Positions 19,773 to 27,972 of a DNA stretch of 64,000 nt are shown piece by piece (within the stretch, counting starts at the first letter, position 1; every line of letters starts with the position of its first letter). A program made the translations under genes and the position numbers. The stretch is from the NCBI GenBank assembly GCA_022827055.1, contig JAJDTR010000083.1, positions 113-64,112 of the forward strand, written 5' to 3'. Source of the DNA: Candidatus Poribacteria bacterium. GTDB taxonomy: Bacteria; Poribacteria; WGA-4E; JAJDTR01. The notes under the pieces are model-generated. The model saw only the letters and a list, made by a program, of their open reading frames with translations. It searched no databases and had not been told where the DNA came from.

Positions 19773-20102
19773 ATGATAACAGTCACGGAAAACGCCGCAC
19801 AAAAGGCAATCGGCTTGATCGAACGGGAGGGCCATTCCGCGGAGGAAGGATTTGGTTTACGGATGAAGGTTGTCGGCGGGGGCTGTTCCGGCTTCCAATA
19901 CGACCTTGCATTTGGCGAATCCAAAGGTAACGATAAGGTCTTTGAATTTCACGGACTAAAGGTCTTCGTCGACCCGCGAAGTACGCTTTACCTTGCTGGC
20001 TCAACCTTGGACTACCAGGACGGTCTGATGGACTCCGGCTTCAAGATTACCAATCCGAACGCTAAGACAGAATGCGGTTGCGGCGAATCCTTCAGCGTAT
20101 AA
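19773..20102 (+). CDS. iscA: IscA/HesB Fe-S cluster carrier
   Basis: GGGCSGFQY and NPNAKTECGCGESF. Confidence 0.9.
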   Translation: MITVTENAAQKAIGLIEREGHSAEEGFGLRMKVVGGGCSGFQYDLAFGESKGNDKVFEFHGLKVFVDPRSTLYLAGSTLDYQDGLMDSGFKITNPNAKTECGCGESFSV

Positions 20103-20127
20103 TTTAATCAAGATTTAATGTGGACAC

Positions 20128-20167
20128 AGGGCGGAATACACGAATGTCGTATTCTGCCCTTTTTTTG
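20128..20167 (+). terminator. Rho-independent terminator after iscA
   Basis: AGGGCGGAATAC...GTATTCTGCCCT followed by a T-tract. Confidence 0.75.
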
Positions 20168-20282
20168 TGATCGCTTGAAGGAATCATCCCAACGAGAAGT
20201 CGAATATTACTCCATTATAGGGAGTGCTTAGCCTTTCGAAAGCCCGGCGAACCTTGCCACTTGGCAGCGCTTTCCCCAAGAA

Positions 20283-20691
20283 TCAGGAAAGCGCCTCCCC
20301 CAAAAGCGACTTTGCGAAACTCACACATTCCGAGGCATGTGCAATTGCCTCACCAAAGTCAAATGCTTCGTTAGGGCCAATCTCGTCGTACGTCGTACCT
20401 CAAATCTCTCGCATAACTAGTATAGCGATTCGAATCGAGAAACGCAGCCGGCAGATGGATGTTGTTATCGTTCACCAATTGTGCCAGTCCAGCAATCGAG
20501 TGTGTTCTCGGATAGTCGATAACATAAAAAACCAGAATAGCTTTAAGCGATTTTTCAACCGCCTGCTGCACATGAAAGCCTATCCCTTCAGGATTGCCTT
20601 GGGTGCTATCACGAAGAATGGCGGCATTCAGCAGGTCGGTTTCAGCTTTCTTCAATAGAGTTTGAACCAACTCCTTTTCCGCCGCGTTCAT
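20283..20691 (-). pseudogene. HEPN-domain protein frameshifted by a 7-bp tandem duplication
   Basis: FHVQQAVEKSLKA, PRTH, RY motifs; CGTCGTA repeated at 20384-20397; removing one copy restores a C-terminal helix ending at the stop at 20283. Confidence 0.7.
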
Positions 20692-21004
20692 ACAATACAA
20701 CGCCATCCTCCCTCAACGATTTCTGAAATCCGACTCGGATTTGTTGGTATTTTCTATCCTCTTCAGCGCTTCGCACAAGTACGTCCGCGAAGATAGGGAG
20801 TGCCAAGAGTGCGACATTTATCTGATGCGCTTCTTCGGGGCGTGATTTCACCTCATCTTTCACAACTAGCAAATCATAGTCGGATTCCTCATCGCCATCT
20901 CCGCGCGCCCTCGATCCGAAGAGTACAATCTTCCTCGGACTCGCCACCTCTCGAATGTGTCTAACAATCTCTTGACATATCTTGTCTTCTGAAGGGTTGA
21001 TCAT
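20642..21004 (-). CDS. Minimal nucleotidyltransferase (MNT) partner of HEPN
   Basis: LFGSRARGD-x-ESDYDLLVV, EDGVVLYE. Confidence 0.88.
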   Translation of the reverse strand: MINPSEDKICQEIVRHIREVASPRKIVLFGSRARGDGDEESDYDLLVVKDEVKSRPEEAHQINVALLALPIFADVLVRSAEEDRKYQQIRVGFQKSLREDGVVLYERGGKGVGSNSIEES

Positions 21005-21115
21005 GGTTGATACCTCGCACGCCATTCTCGGTTAGTCTATAGGCTCTTGGCTGCACTCCCGCTTTTTCATCTATCTACAACTGAAACGCTTGAATCAAAG
21101 CTAACAGGGCGAGAA

Positions 21116-22330
21116 TCATCCGACACCATCACCTAAAAACTGCGCTTCCACCTCGTCCCCTGACTTTAGACTCACGCCTGGCGGAATGACTATAAAGCCG
21201 TTTGCCAACACAAGCGAATAGAGGATGCCCGACCCCTGCGGCCCCGTTGTTTTTGCGTAATACTCCCCTTCGCGCTGCGTGATGATTGCTCGCATGAAGT
21301 TGGTTCGCTTATCTTTGTTGGCGACAGCTTCCTCCAATTTGGCTTTGAACGCTGGGCGAAACGGGTTCGAATGCCCCGCCATCTTGAGCAGCGCCGGACG
21401 AACGAAGAGTTCAAACACCACAAGAGAAGAAACAGGATTTCCCGGTAAGCCAAAGATTGGTTTGCCGTCGGCGATACCGTACGCTTGCGGCTTCCCCGGT
21501 TTCATCGCCACCCGCCAGAAATTGACCTTCCCGAGTTTGGCCAGTACCGACTTGACAACATCGTGCTCTCCGACAGACACACCCCCGCTAGTAATAAGGG
21601 CATCGGCGCGATTCAGTCCGCCGCGGAATATGCGCTCGGTTTCCGCCTCATCGTCGCGCGCGATCCCCATATCGATTGGAATACACCCTGCCTCCCGGAG
21701 TTGCGCGCAGATGCCGTAACGGTTGCTGTCGTGGATCTTCCCGGGTTCCAACGCGACCCCGAGCGGTGTTAGCTCATCGCCCGTAGAAACCACCGCCACC
21801 CGCGGACGCCTGTACACTAGCACTTCCGATCGATTTAGTGACGCCAGCATGGAGCATTCCTGTGGACGGAGAAGTTTCCCGCTGCCGATGACGAGATCGC
21901 CGCTTCTCACGCTCTCCCCCGTGAACCGGACGTTTTCCGCCTTATCCACCGCTTCCGCAATCCGAACCTGTTCCCCGTTGAACTGGGTCACCTCCTGCAT
22001 GACGACCGCATCCGCTCCCGCAGGCATCATTGCGCCCGTCATGATTCGTGCGGCTTGGCCTCGATCAATCCGTTTCGCGGGCGCGTACCCGGCGGCGATT
22101 GCTTCAACTACCTCCAAGCTTACAGGCGTCACCTCGGAAGCGCCTCGAACATCCTCCGCAATAACGGCGAAACCATCCATCGCCGAGTTGTCAAAAGGAG
22201 GAATGTGTTCTTCGGCATAAATATCCTCCGCAAGCACATGGCCCAGACAGTCCAAAATTCCACGCTGTTCCGTCGCTGAAACGCTGACGGTGTCCAGCAT
22301 TCGTTTACGCGCTTCTTCCACAGTTAACAT
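21116..22330 (-). CDS. moeA: Molybdopterin molybdotransferase MoeA
   Basis: PPFDNSAMDGFA, IMTGA, STGDEL, SGGVSVG, KPGKP, GLPGNPVSS. Confidence 0.95.
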   Translation of the reverse strand: MLTVEEARKRMLDTVSVSATEQRGILDCLGHVLAEDIYAEEHIPPFDNSAMDGFAVIAEDVRGASEVTPVSLEVVEAIAAGYAPAKRIDRGQAARIMTGAMMPAGADAVVMQEVTQFNGEQVRIAEAVDKAENVRFTGESVRSGDLVIGSGKLLRPQECSMLASLNRSEVLVYRRPRVAVVSTGDELTPLGVALEPGKIHDSNRYGICAQLREAGCIPIDMGIARDDEAETERIFRGGLNRADALITSGGVSVGEHDVVKSVLAKLGKVNFWRVAMKPGKPQAYGIADGKPIFGLPGNPVSSLVVFELFVRPALLKMAGHSNPFRPAFKAKLEEAVANKDKRTNFMRAIITQREGEYYAKTTGPQGSGILYSLVLANGFIVIPPGVSLKSGDEVEAQFLGDGVG

Positions 22331-22961
22331 CAAATTCCCCCATCATCTCGCGTTCCAACATCTCTTTCACCCTTTCAAAATCTTCGCGAGTGTTTACGTT
22401 TTCGAACGAAAGCCCCTCGGGATCATATTCTTGCCATTCGTCCGGAGGAACCCGGTGGACTTTGATACGATCACAAAGCGCATGCAGGCGCAACTCGCCC
22501 TCGCCAAGCATCTGGCGGATAACGTGGTTGCAGCGCCGTGAATACACGGCGCATAACGTCTGCAACTTCGTATTGGACTCCTCCATCTCCCGTGTGTAGG
22601 GCACAACGGCGTCATGTTTTCCCAAAAGCGTGAGGAGGTAGGTCATTAGTTTGGGCTGGAGGAGCGGCATATCACAGGCAACACACACAACAGCGTTGTT
22701 GACCGCGTGAGTAAGCCCGGTGTAGACACCTCCGAGCGCGCCAGACTTGGGAATAAGATCCTCGTATACCCGCACATCCAACTCGCTATACAGATGCGCC
22801 GAATTTGCAATAACGATGGTTTCACCAGTGACACTCTGCAACCGCTTCAAGGTACGTGAAATGAGAGTCTCATCCCCCAAGCGCATCAACGCTTTGTTTC
22901 GCCCCATGCGCCGGCTATCCCCGCCCGCAAGGATGACCCCGGTTGCCTTTTCAGCGTCCAA
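22305..22961 (-). CDS. mobA: Molybdenum cofactor guanylyltransferase MobA
   Basis: ILAGGDSRRMGRNKA, VACDMP, FENVNT. Confidence 0.92.
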   Translation of the reverse strand: MDAEKATGVILAGGDSRRMGRNKALMRLGDETLISRTLKRLQSVTGETIVIANSAHLYSELDVRVYEDLIPKSGALGGVYTGLTHAVNNAVVCVACDMPLLQPKLMTYLLTLLGKHDAVVPYTREMEESNTKLQTLCAVYSRRCNHVIRQMLGEGELRLHALCDRIKVHRVPPDEWQEYDPEGLSFENVNTREDFERVKEMLEREMMGEFDVNCGRSA

Positions 22962-23153
22962 TTTGGCAAATACTCCAATGTCTTGAAATGACGTCGTCCT
23001 GTCACATTGATGTCAATCTTACCACTCGGGATGAAGAACGTCAACATGAATGCAGAACACGCGGCGATTACAGCGTGCTCGTATCCCTTCTCGTTTGAGG
23101 TTTTCATCAAGATCCTGTAGCACCGCCCACCAGCCGTTGAGAGCGCCGGTCCT

Positions 23154-23184
23154 GTAGGTTGGGTTGAACGCAGTGAAACCCAAC
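23154..23184 (+). repeat. GTAG-type REP
   Basis: GTAGGTTGGGTTGAACGCAGTGAAACCCAAC; related copy at about 16253. Confidence 0.6.
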
Positions 23185-23256
23185 TCCAACCCGAGACTAA
23201 GCCCTCATTGGGGCAACAATCAAATGTAGATCTCCTTCTTGATTCGTGCTTCGCGA

Positions 23257-23285
23257 TTGACGATTAACGACGTATATGTTAGAAT
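23257..23285 (+). promoter_or_regulatory. Putative sigma70 promoter
   Basis: TTGACG-17 nt-TAGAAT upstream of the ORF at 23317. Confidence 0.5.
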
Positions 23286-23316
23286 GAGATAAGACTCTGA
23301 AGGGGCCGCATGTTGC

Positions 23317-23898
23317 GTGAACCGTATGCATACACAATCCCACGCGCTCATCAACATGGCGTTGCTGTCGCGCGCGCATAAACCGCATCGCCACGGATGC
23401 GCACTTCTTGGCGCGATGCTGCCCGATGTTCCGATCTTTGTCTTCTTTGGCGTTGAGTCCCTGTTATTGAGACATTCGCAATCGGAAATCTGGTCGGAAC
23501 GCTATTTTCTACCCGAATGGCAGAACGTCATCGATCCGTTCAACTCCATTCCGCTCATTCTCCTCGGCGTCGGCATCGGGTATCTACTCCGGTCCGACCG
23601 TACCCGTGTGGTGTGTTGGAGCATGCTGCTCCACTGCCTAGCCGATTTCTTCCTCCATCGTGAGGATGCCCATCGACACTTTTTCCCATTCTGGGACTAC
23701 AAATTCAAAAGCCCTATCTCGTACTGGGAAACGGATTATCATGCGGGAATCGTATCAGCAGTCGAGATAGTGGCAACCATTGGGGCATCGGTTTACCTGT
23801 TTCCACGCCTCAAATCCTATTTCGGCAAAGCCGCACTGATTGCCGTCAATGCCATATCCGTGCTCCTCTATATCGCCTTCATCTTCGTTTTCGCATAA
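23317..23898 (+). CDS. Membrane metal-dependent hydrolase-like protein (YdjM/DUF4184-like)
   Basis: HTQSH, GAMLPD, LHCLADFFLHREDAHRHFFP, hydrophobic helices. Confidence 0.6.
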   Translation: MNRMHTQSHALINMALLSRAHKPHRHGCALLGAMLPDVPIFVFFGVESLLLRHSQSEIWSERYFLPEWQNVIDPFNSIPLILLGVGIGYLLRSDRTRVVCWSMLLHCLADFFLHREDAHRHFFPFWDYKFKSPISYWETDYHAGIVSAVEIVATIGASVYLFPRLKSYFGKAALIAVNAISVLLYIAFIFVFA

Positions 23899-23965
23899 TT
23901 TCACGGCAATTCGAATCACCGGCAGATAAACCAAAGAAACCGCGTGCCGTCTCTGGGTTGTCTTC

Positions 23966-23989
23966 TTACGCATTACGCATCACGTATTA
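23966..23989 (+). repeat. Heptamer tandem array (TTACGCA)n
   Basis: TTACGCA TTACGCA TCACGTA TTA. Confidence 0.6.
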
Positions 23990-24064
23990 GCTACTTTAAC
24001 CATTTTTCTGACAGAAGCCATTTCTTTGAAAACCCTGTTTCATCCCATTACTCCATGAAATCCT

Positions 24065-25090
24065 ATGAAACTATTAGTCACAGGCGGCGCCGGATTTATC
24101 GGATGCAACTTCATACGCTACTGGCTCCAACACCATCCCGGCGACGCAATTATTAACATCGATCTCCTGACCTATGCGGGGAATCTGAATAACCTCGCCG
24201 ATGTCGGTGACACATACCCGGATCGGTATTCCTTTGTTCATGGCGATATTGGAGATTCCGACTGCGTCGATAACCTCATTGAGGAACATCGTCCGGAGGT
24301 GATTGTGAATTTCGCCGCCGAATCCCACAACAGCCGCGCTGTCCTCAACCCCCGCCTTTTCTTCGACACGAATGTCATGGGGACGCAGATGCTTCTCGAA
24401 CTTGCCCGCAAACACAGAGTCTCACGATTTCACCACATCTCCACGTGCGAGGTCTACGGCGATCTCGCGCTGGATTCACCCGTAAAGTTCACGGAAAATC
24501 ACCCGTATTCTCCGCGCACACCGTACAACGCCTCGAAAGCGGCGGCAGACCACGCCGTCCGCGCCTATTTTGAAACCTATGGGCTTCCCGTCACCATCTC
24601 CAACTGCTCGAACAACTACGGCGCCTATCAACACCCCGAGAAGGTGATACCGCTCTTCACCACGCATGCCCTTGACGATAAACCGCTTCCGCTTTATCGG
24701 AACAGCCTTAACCGCCGGGAATGGCTCGCGGTCTCCGACCACTGCCGGGCTATAGATCTGATTATCGGGAAGGGGAAGATTGGTGAGACCTATAATATCG
24801 GGAGCGGCGTGGAGCAGAGCGTCGAAGAGATTGCCGATGGCGTCTTGGCGGCGTTGGGCAAACCGCAATCCCTCAAAACTTATGTCCCCGACCGTCCGGG
24901 TCACGATCGCCGATATCTCTTGGATTCCTCGAAAATCCGGCGAGAACTAGATTGGGAACCACAAATCGATTTTCAATCCGGTCTCAAGGAGACCACGCAG
25001 TGGTACGCTCAAAATCGCGACTGGTGGACGGAGATTCTTGAACAGGGAGACACAGAAGCGGTGCAGGAAGATAAGTGGGAAAAGAAATAA
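24065..25090 (+). CDS. rfbB: dTDP-glucose 4,6-dehydratase
   Basis: VTGGAGFIG, LTYAGN, FAAESH, YNASKA, DRPGHDRRY. Confidence 0.93.
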   Translation: MKLLVTGGAGFIGCNFIRYWLQHHPGDAIINIDLLTYAGNLNNLADVGDTYPDRYSFVHGDIGDSDCVDNLIEEHRPEVIVNFAAESHNSRAVLNPRLFFDTNVMGTQMLLELARKHRVSRFHHISTCEVYGDLALDSPVKFTENHPYSPRTPYNASKAAADHAVRAYFETYGLPVTISNCSNNYGAYQHPEKVIPLFTTHALDDKPLPLYRNSLNRREWLAVSDHCRAIDLIIGKGKIGETYNIGSGVEQSVEEIADGVLAALGKPQSLKTYVPDRPGHDRRYLLDSSKIRRELDWEPQIDFQSGLKETTQWYAQNRDWWTEILEQGDTEAVQEDKWEKK

Positions 25091-25104
25091 TGCGTAATGC
25101 GTAA
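25088..25104 (+). repeat. Heptamer array (TAATGCG)n overlapping the rfbB stop
   Basis: TAATGCG TAATGCG TAA. Confidence 0.55.
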
Positions 25105-25130
25105 AGCTTGACTTTGTACATCTGTAGGGT

Positions 25131-25320
25131 GCGATCAACCAAGCGGATAGCGCGGGCGATAGAAATCCCCTGCGATCAAGCGAATGAATAATGATCGATC
25201 AACTGAACGGATAGTGAAGGCGATAGAGAATTTGAAGGTGTATAGAAACGCCAAAGTCCCGTTCACCTACGCCCCAGCGGGATCAAGCGAACGGATAGTG
25301 AGTGCGATAGAGATCCCACA
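25131..25320 (+). repeat. Imperfect direct repeats of about 37 bp
   Basis: GATCAA-n-CGAACGGATAG-n-GCGATAGA core in three copies plus one partial copy. Confidence 0.5.
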
Positions 25321-25619
25321 GGTACGCAGATGACAAATATAAAAACGCGAAAAAACTTCCTACACATGACCAGAATTGCTTTGCTATCGATTATCCAAAC
25401 AGGCTCTTAACCTTGCCCTTCGTCATCCCTCCATAATGCGCCCTCCAATAGAAATCCCTTCCAACCCGCCTGAAAAGAGATACCACCTAGCTAATCCTAA
25501 TCCGCGCAATCAGCGTAATCCGTTTAATCCGCGATTCAGACAATTGCCAAAATACACCAATTTTATATATCTTTCTTTTGGCGAATAGACCGATCATCTG
25601 ACTCAGCGTTAAAAAATAC

Positions 25620-25648
25620 TTGACATTTATGTTGCTTTAAGCTACAAT
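25620..25648 (+). promoter_or_regulatory. Sigma70 promoter of the toxin-antitoxin operon
   Basis: TTGACA-17 nt-TACAAT ending 10 nt before the ATG (near-leaderless). Confidence 0.65.
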
Positions 25649-25658
25649 ATGGGGTAGA

Positions 25659-25916
25659 ATGTATAAGGTTCAATACCGAGCAAGCGCGGCGAAAATGCTC
25701 CGGCGAATGCCGCGCAATGTAGCGAAGACCGTTGTGCGAAAGATTGACCAACTCGCCGTGTCGCCTTACGCGCCGAACAACAATGTAACGCGCTTAAAAG
25801 GCGAGGAGGGATACCGGCTCAGAGTGGGGGATTGGCGCGTGTTATACGAGATTCATGACGATGTCCTCGTCATCGAAATCATCAAAATTGGACCTAGGGG
25901 AGGTGTATACCGATGA
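25659..25916 (+). CDS. RelE/ParE family toxin
   Basis: YKVQY, LKGEEGYRLRVGDWRVLY, IGPRGGVY. Confidence 0.9.
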   Translation: MYKVQYRASAAKMLRRMPRNVAKTVVRKIDQLAVSPYAPNNNVTRLKGEEGYRLRVGDWRVLYEIHDDVLVIEIIKIGPRGGVYR

Positions 25917-26272
25917 ATATTGAAACCGTCGAAAGACAGGGCAAGGAATACGTCCTTGTACCGAGAGAACAGTACAATCAATTTCTGGAAGATGCGGAGA
26001 TGCTAAGGGACATTCGCGAGTTCCGCGAAGCCAAAACCATCAACGAGGAGACTTACCCCGGTGAGGTCGTCAATCGCCTGATACTCAACGAGGAGAGTCC
26101 GATTCGCGTGTATCGCGACCATCGAGGCTTAACCCAGCAGCAACTGGCGGACAAGTGCGGCATTCAGCGCGCCTACTTGGCGGAGATCGAAACCGGTCGC
26201 AAGTCCGGCTCCGTCAAAACGCTGAAAGCCATCGCCGCTGCGCTTGATGTTGATTTAACCTCGATTTCGTGA
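25913..26272 (+). CDS. XRE-HTH antitoxin (toxin-first, HigBA-like order)
   Basis: PIRVYRDHRGLTQQQLADKCGIQRAYLAEIETG; ATGA overlap with the toxin. Confidence 0.85.
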   Translation: MNIETVERQGKEYVLVPREQYNQFLEDAEMLRDIREFREAKTINEETYPGEVVNRLILNEESPIRVYRDHRGLTQQQLADKCGIQRAYLAEIETGRKSGSVKTLKAIAAALDVDLTSIS

Positions 26273-26333
26273 AGCGTAAAGGGAGAAACGAGGACAGAAT
26301 TTGCGTGGGATTCGGGACGGATTTTCTGAATGC

Positions 26334-26357
26334 TAATGCGTAATACGTAGTGCGTAA
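26334..26357 (+). repeat. Heptamer array (TAATGCG)n
   Basis: TAATGCG TAATACG TAGTGCG TAA. Confidence 0.55.
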
Positions 26358-26413
26358 AGAAAAAGATTCGGGCATTACCGCAGATGGTCCCCCGATTCCC
26401 TTCAATTTAGACT

Positions 26414-26449
26414 GGGGTTTAGGAACGCAGATGTGCGTTCCTAAACCCC
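26414..26449. repeat. 16-bp-stem palindrome between convergent genes (REP-related)
   Basis: GGGGTTTAGGAACGCA-GATG-TGCGTTCCTAAACCCC; core shared with 39050. Confidence 0.7.
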
Positions 26450-26486
26450 GTTTAATCCCATAATCTGAGATGCGTTCCACTCGCAT

Positions 26487-26801
26487 TCAACTCTTAGATT
26501 TCTTGGTATCTGCGACAACTAACTCAAACTCGGCATTATCTCGCTGGGCAGCACTACGTCTAAACGTTGAATGCTGTTCTTCATGAGAATTTATTGTACT
26601 CTCGGTTTCAACTTCGATGATTCTAGTAGCATCATCTTGAGTTGCAAGAATGTCAGGAATTCTCTCGTCTTGACCAATTGGTTCGGGCTGGTCGAAATTC
26701 GGTAAGTCAGCCTGAACTTCCCAGCCATCAGCTTCAAGCTTATTTGCAAGATCAAGAACGAGATTATCGTGCGCGGATTGGTTTTTGGGGTTTCTGCTCA
26801 T
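26487..26801 (-). CDS. Small hypothetical protein with a PD-(D/E)XK-like nuclease fold
   Basis: Strong RBS (AGAGGAGG); helix-GWEV-...-IPDILA-...-IIEVET pattern. Confidence 0.6.
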   Translation of the reverse strand: MSRNPKNQSAHDNLVLDLANKLEADGWEVQADLPNFDQPEPIGQDERIPDILATQDDATRIIEVETESTINSHEEQHSTFRRSAAQRDNAEFELVVADTKKSKS

Positions 26802-27065
26802 ACTTGAATCCTCCTCTTGGGAAAAATTAACTTAATCTGTGAAAAATTCGGACTTAAACCCAGAAATTGAGAACTGCATTAGCCAACAAGATGGTTAACG
26901 CACGCCGTTTTCAGTGCCAGGCCGGAAATCTTATCCTCATCAAGAATGCCAAGCAACTACTTTGGAAACTCTAGAAAAATAGATTTCGGACAATAAAGTG
27001 TTGCATGAATTATTGAGGACAGCAGGAAGAGCCATACTGTCCCCGGTGATGTTTCGCAGCTTCGT

Positions 27066-27416
27066 TTACCACGGCAGATTAACCGCTATGGAAGGAGCGT
27101 TGGGAAATCGATCGCCTACCAGTGGATTGAGTTGTTGAGCAAGGTAGGCTTCTACTCCGTCAAGCAAGTGTTCCTGTATGCTGGCCCACGTTACAAACAA
27201 GCCATGTTGCTTGTAAGCTTGAACTTCAGGATCTAGGCGGTGTGCCGCGATCCTATCTTTGATGAATCCTTGACCGACTCTAACTGTCTTCGGATTATTG
27301 CCGCTATGCCAAATGACATAGACCCCGGTCATGCTGTCAAAGTGGTTATCGGTTAAGTCTACCGTGTTGAGTTTGCACCAGATGTGACCGTCACATCTGT
27401 TCCAAGTGACCTGCAT
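27066..27416 (-). CDS. Small stand-alone GIY-YIG-like protein
   Basis: RBS AGGAGG; GVYVIW...VRVGQG...DRIAAH...VEAYL...LNPLVG pattern. Confidence 0.6.
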   Translation of the reverse strand: MQVTWNRCDGHIWCKLNTVDLTDNHFDSMTGVYVIWHSGNNPKTVRVGQGFIKDRIAAHRLDPEVQAYKQHGLFVTWASIQEHLLDGVEAYLAQQLNPLVGDRFPNAPSIAVNLPW

Positions 27417-27456
27417 TTTGGTATTCCTCCTACGAATAGTTTTCTATAACAAACAT

Positions 27457-27522
27457 ATTTTACACTATTGCGAACAGTCGTGTCAAGTAATATTTGAAAT
27501 AACTAACAATTTAGTTTATAAT
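27457..27522. promoter_or_regulatory. Back-to-back sigma70 promoters with palindromic spacers
   Basis: Minus strand TTGACA(27486-81)-18 nt-TAAAAT(27462-57); plus strand TTGAAA(27494-99)-17 nt-TATAAT(27517-22). Confidence 0.65.
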
Positions 27523-27558
27523 TCTTAACATGCTTACCAAAAATAGAGAGAGATTTGT

Positions 27559-27972
27559 ATGGACTTGAATCAGAAGATTAAACAACTGAGAGAGGAAAAA
27601 GCATTATCACTAAGTAAGCTGGCAGAAACCGCAGGTGTATCCAAAGCCTATTTGTCGCAACTCGAAAATAGTGTGAGCAAACAACCTTCTGCTGAGATTC
27701 TGTTCAAAATCGCCTCAGCACTCGGTACAACCATTGCTGACCTCTTGGACAAACCGGTTCGTGTTAGTTCGGACAACTTTCTTAAGCTTGGAGAAGACGA
27801 GATGCCCTACGGATTACGCGAATTGATTAATAAGCGAGGAAAGGATCTTGACATTCGCGAAGAGGATGTAAAGATGCTGATGAATATTCAGTATCGTGGT
27901 AAACACCCCAAGAGTATAGACGATTGGGAATACGTTTTACGAACAATTAGATTGGTGGTAGATGAAAAATGA
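27559..27972 (+). CDS. XRE family repressor (ImmR/CapH-like)
   Basis: IKQLREEKALSLSKLAETAGVSKAYLSQLE HTH plus a C-terminal domain. Confidence 0.88.
   Translation: MDLNQKIKQLREEKALSLSKLAETAGVSKAYLSQLENSVSKQPSAEILFKIASALGTTIADLLDKPVRVSSDNFLKLGEDEMPYGLRELINKRGKDLDIREEDVKMLMNIQYRGKHPKSIDDWEYVLRTIRLVVDEK

Noticed and set aside
22962-23150. Moco riboswitch upstream of mobA-moeA
   Set aside because: No recognisable conserved motif by eye; an Rfam/Infernal scan would be needed
25131-25320. CRISPR array
   Set aside because: Repeats are degenerate, spacing is irregular and there are no cas genes
26802-27065. 31-aa minus-strand ORF (MALPAVLNN...) and a sigma54-like site between the two small genes
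   Set aside because: Weak RBS and no motif for the ORF; the -12 element reads GA rather than GC
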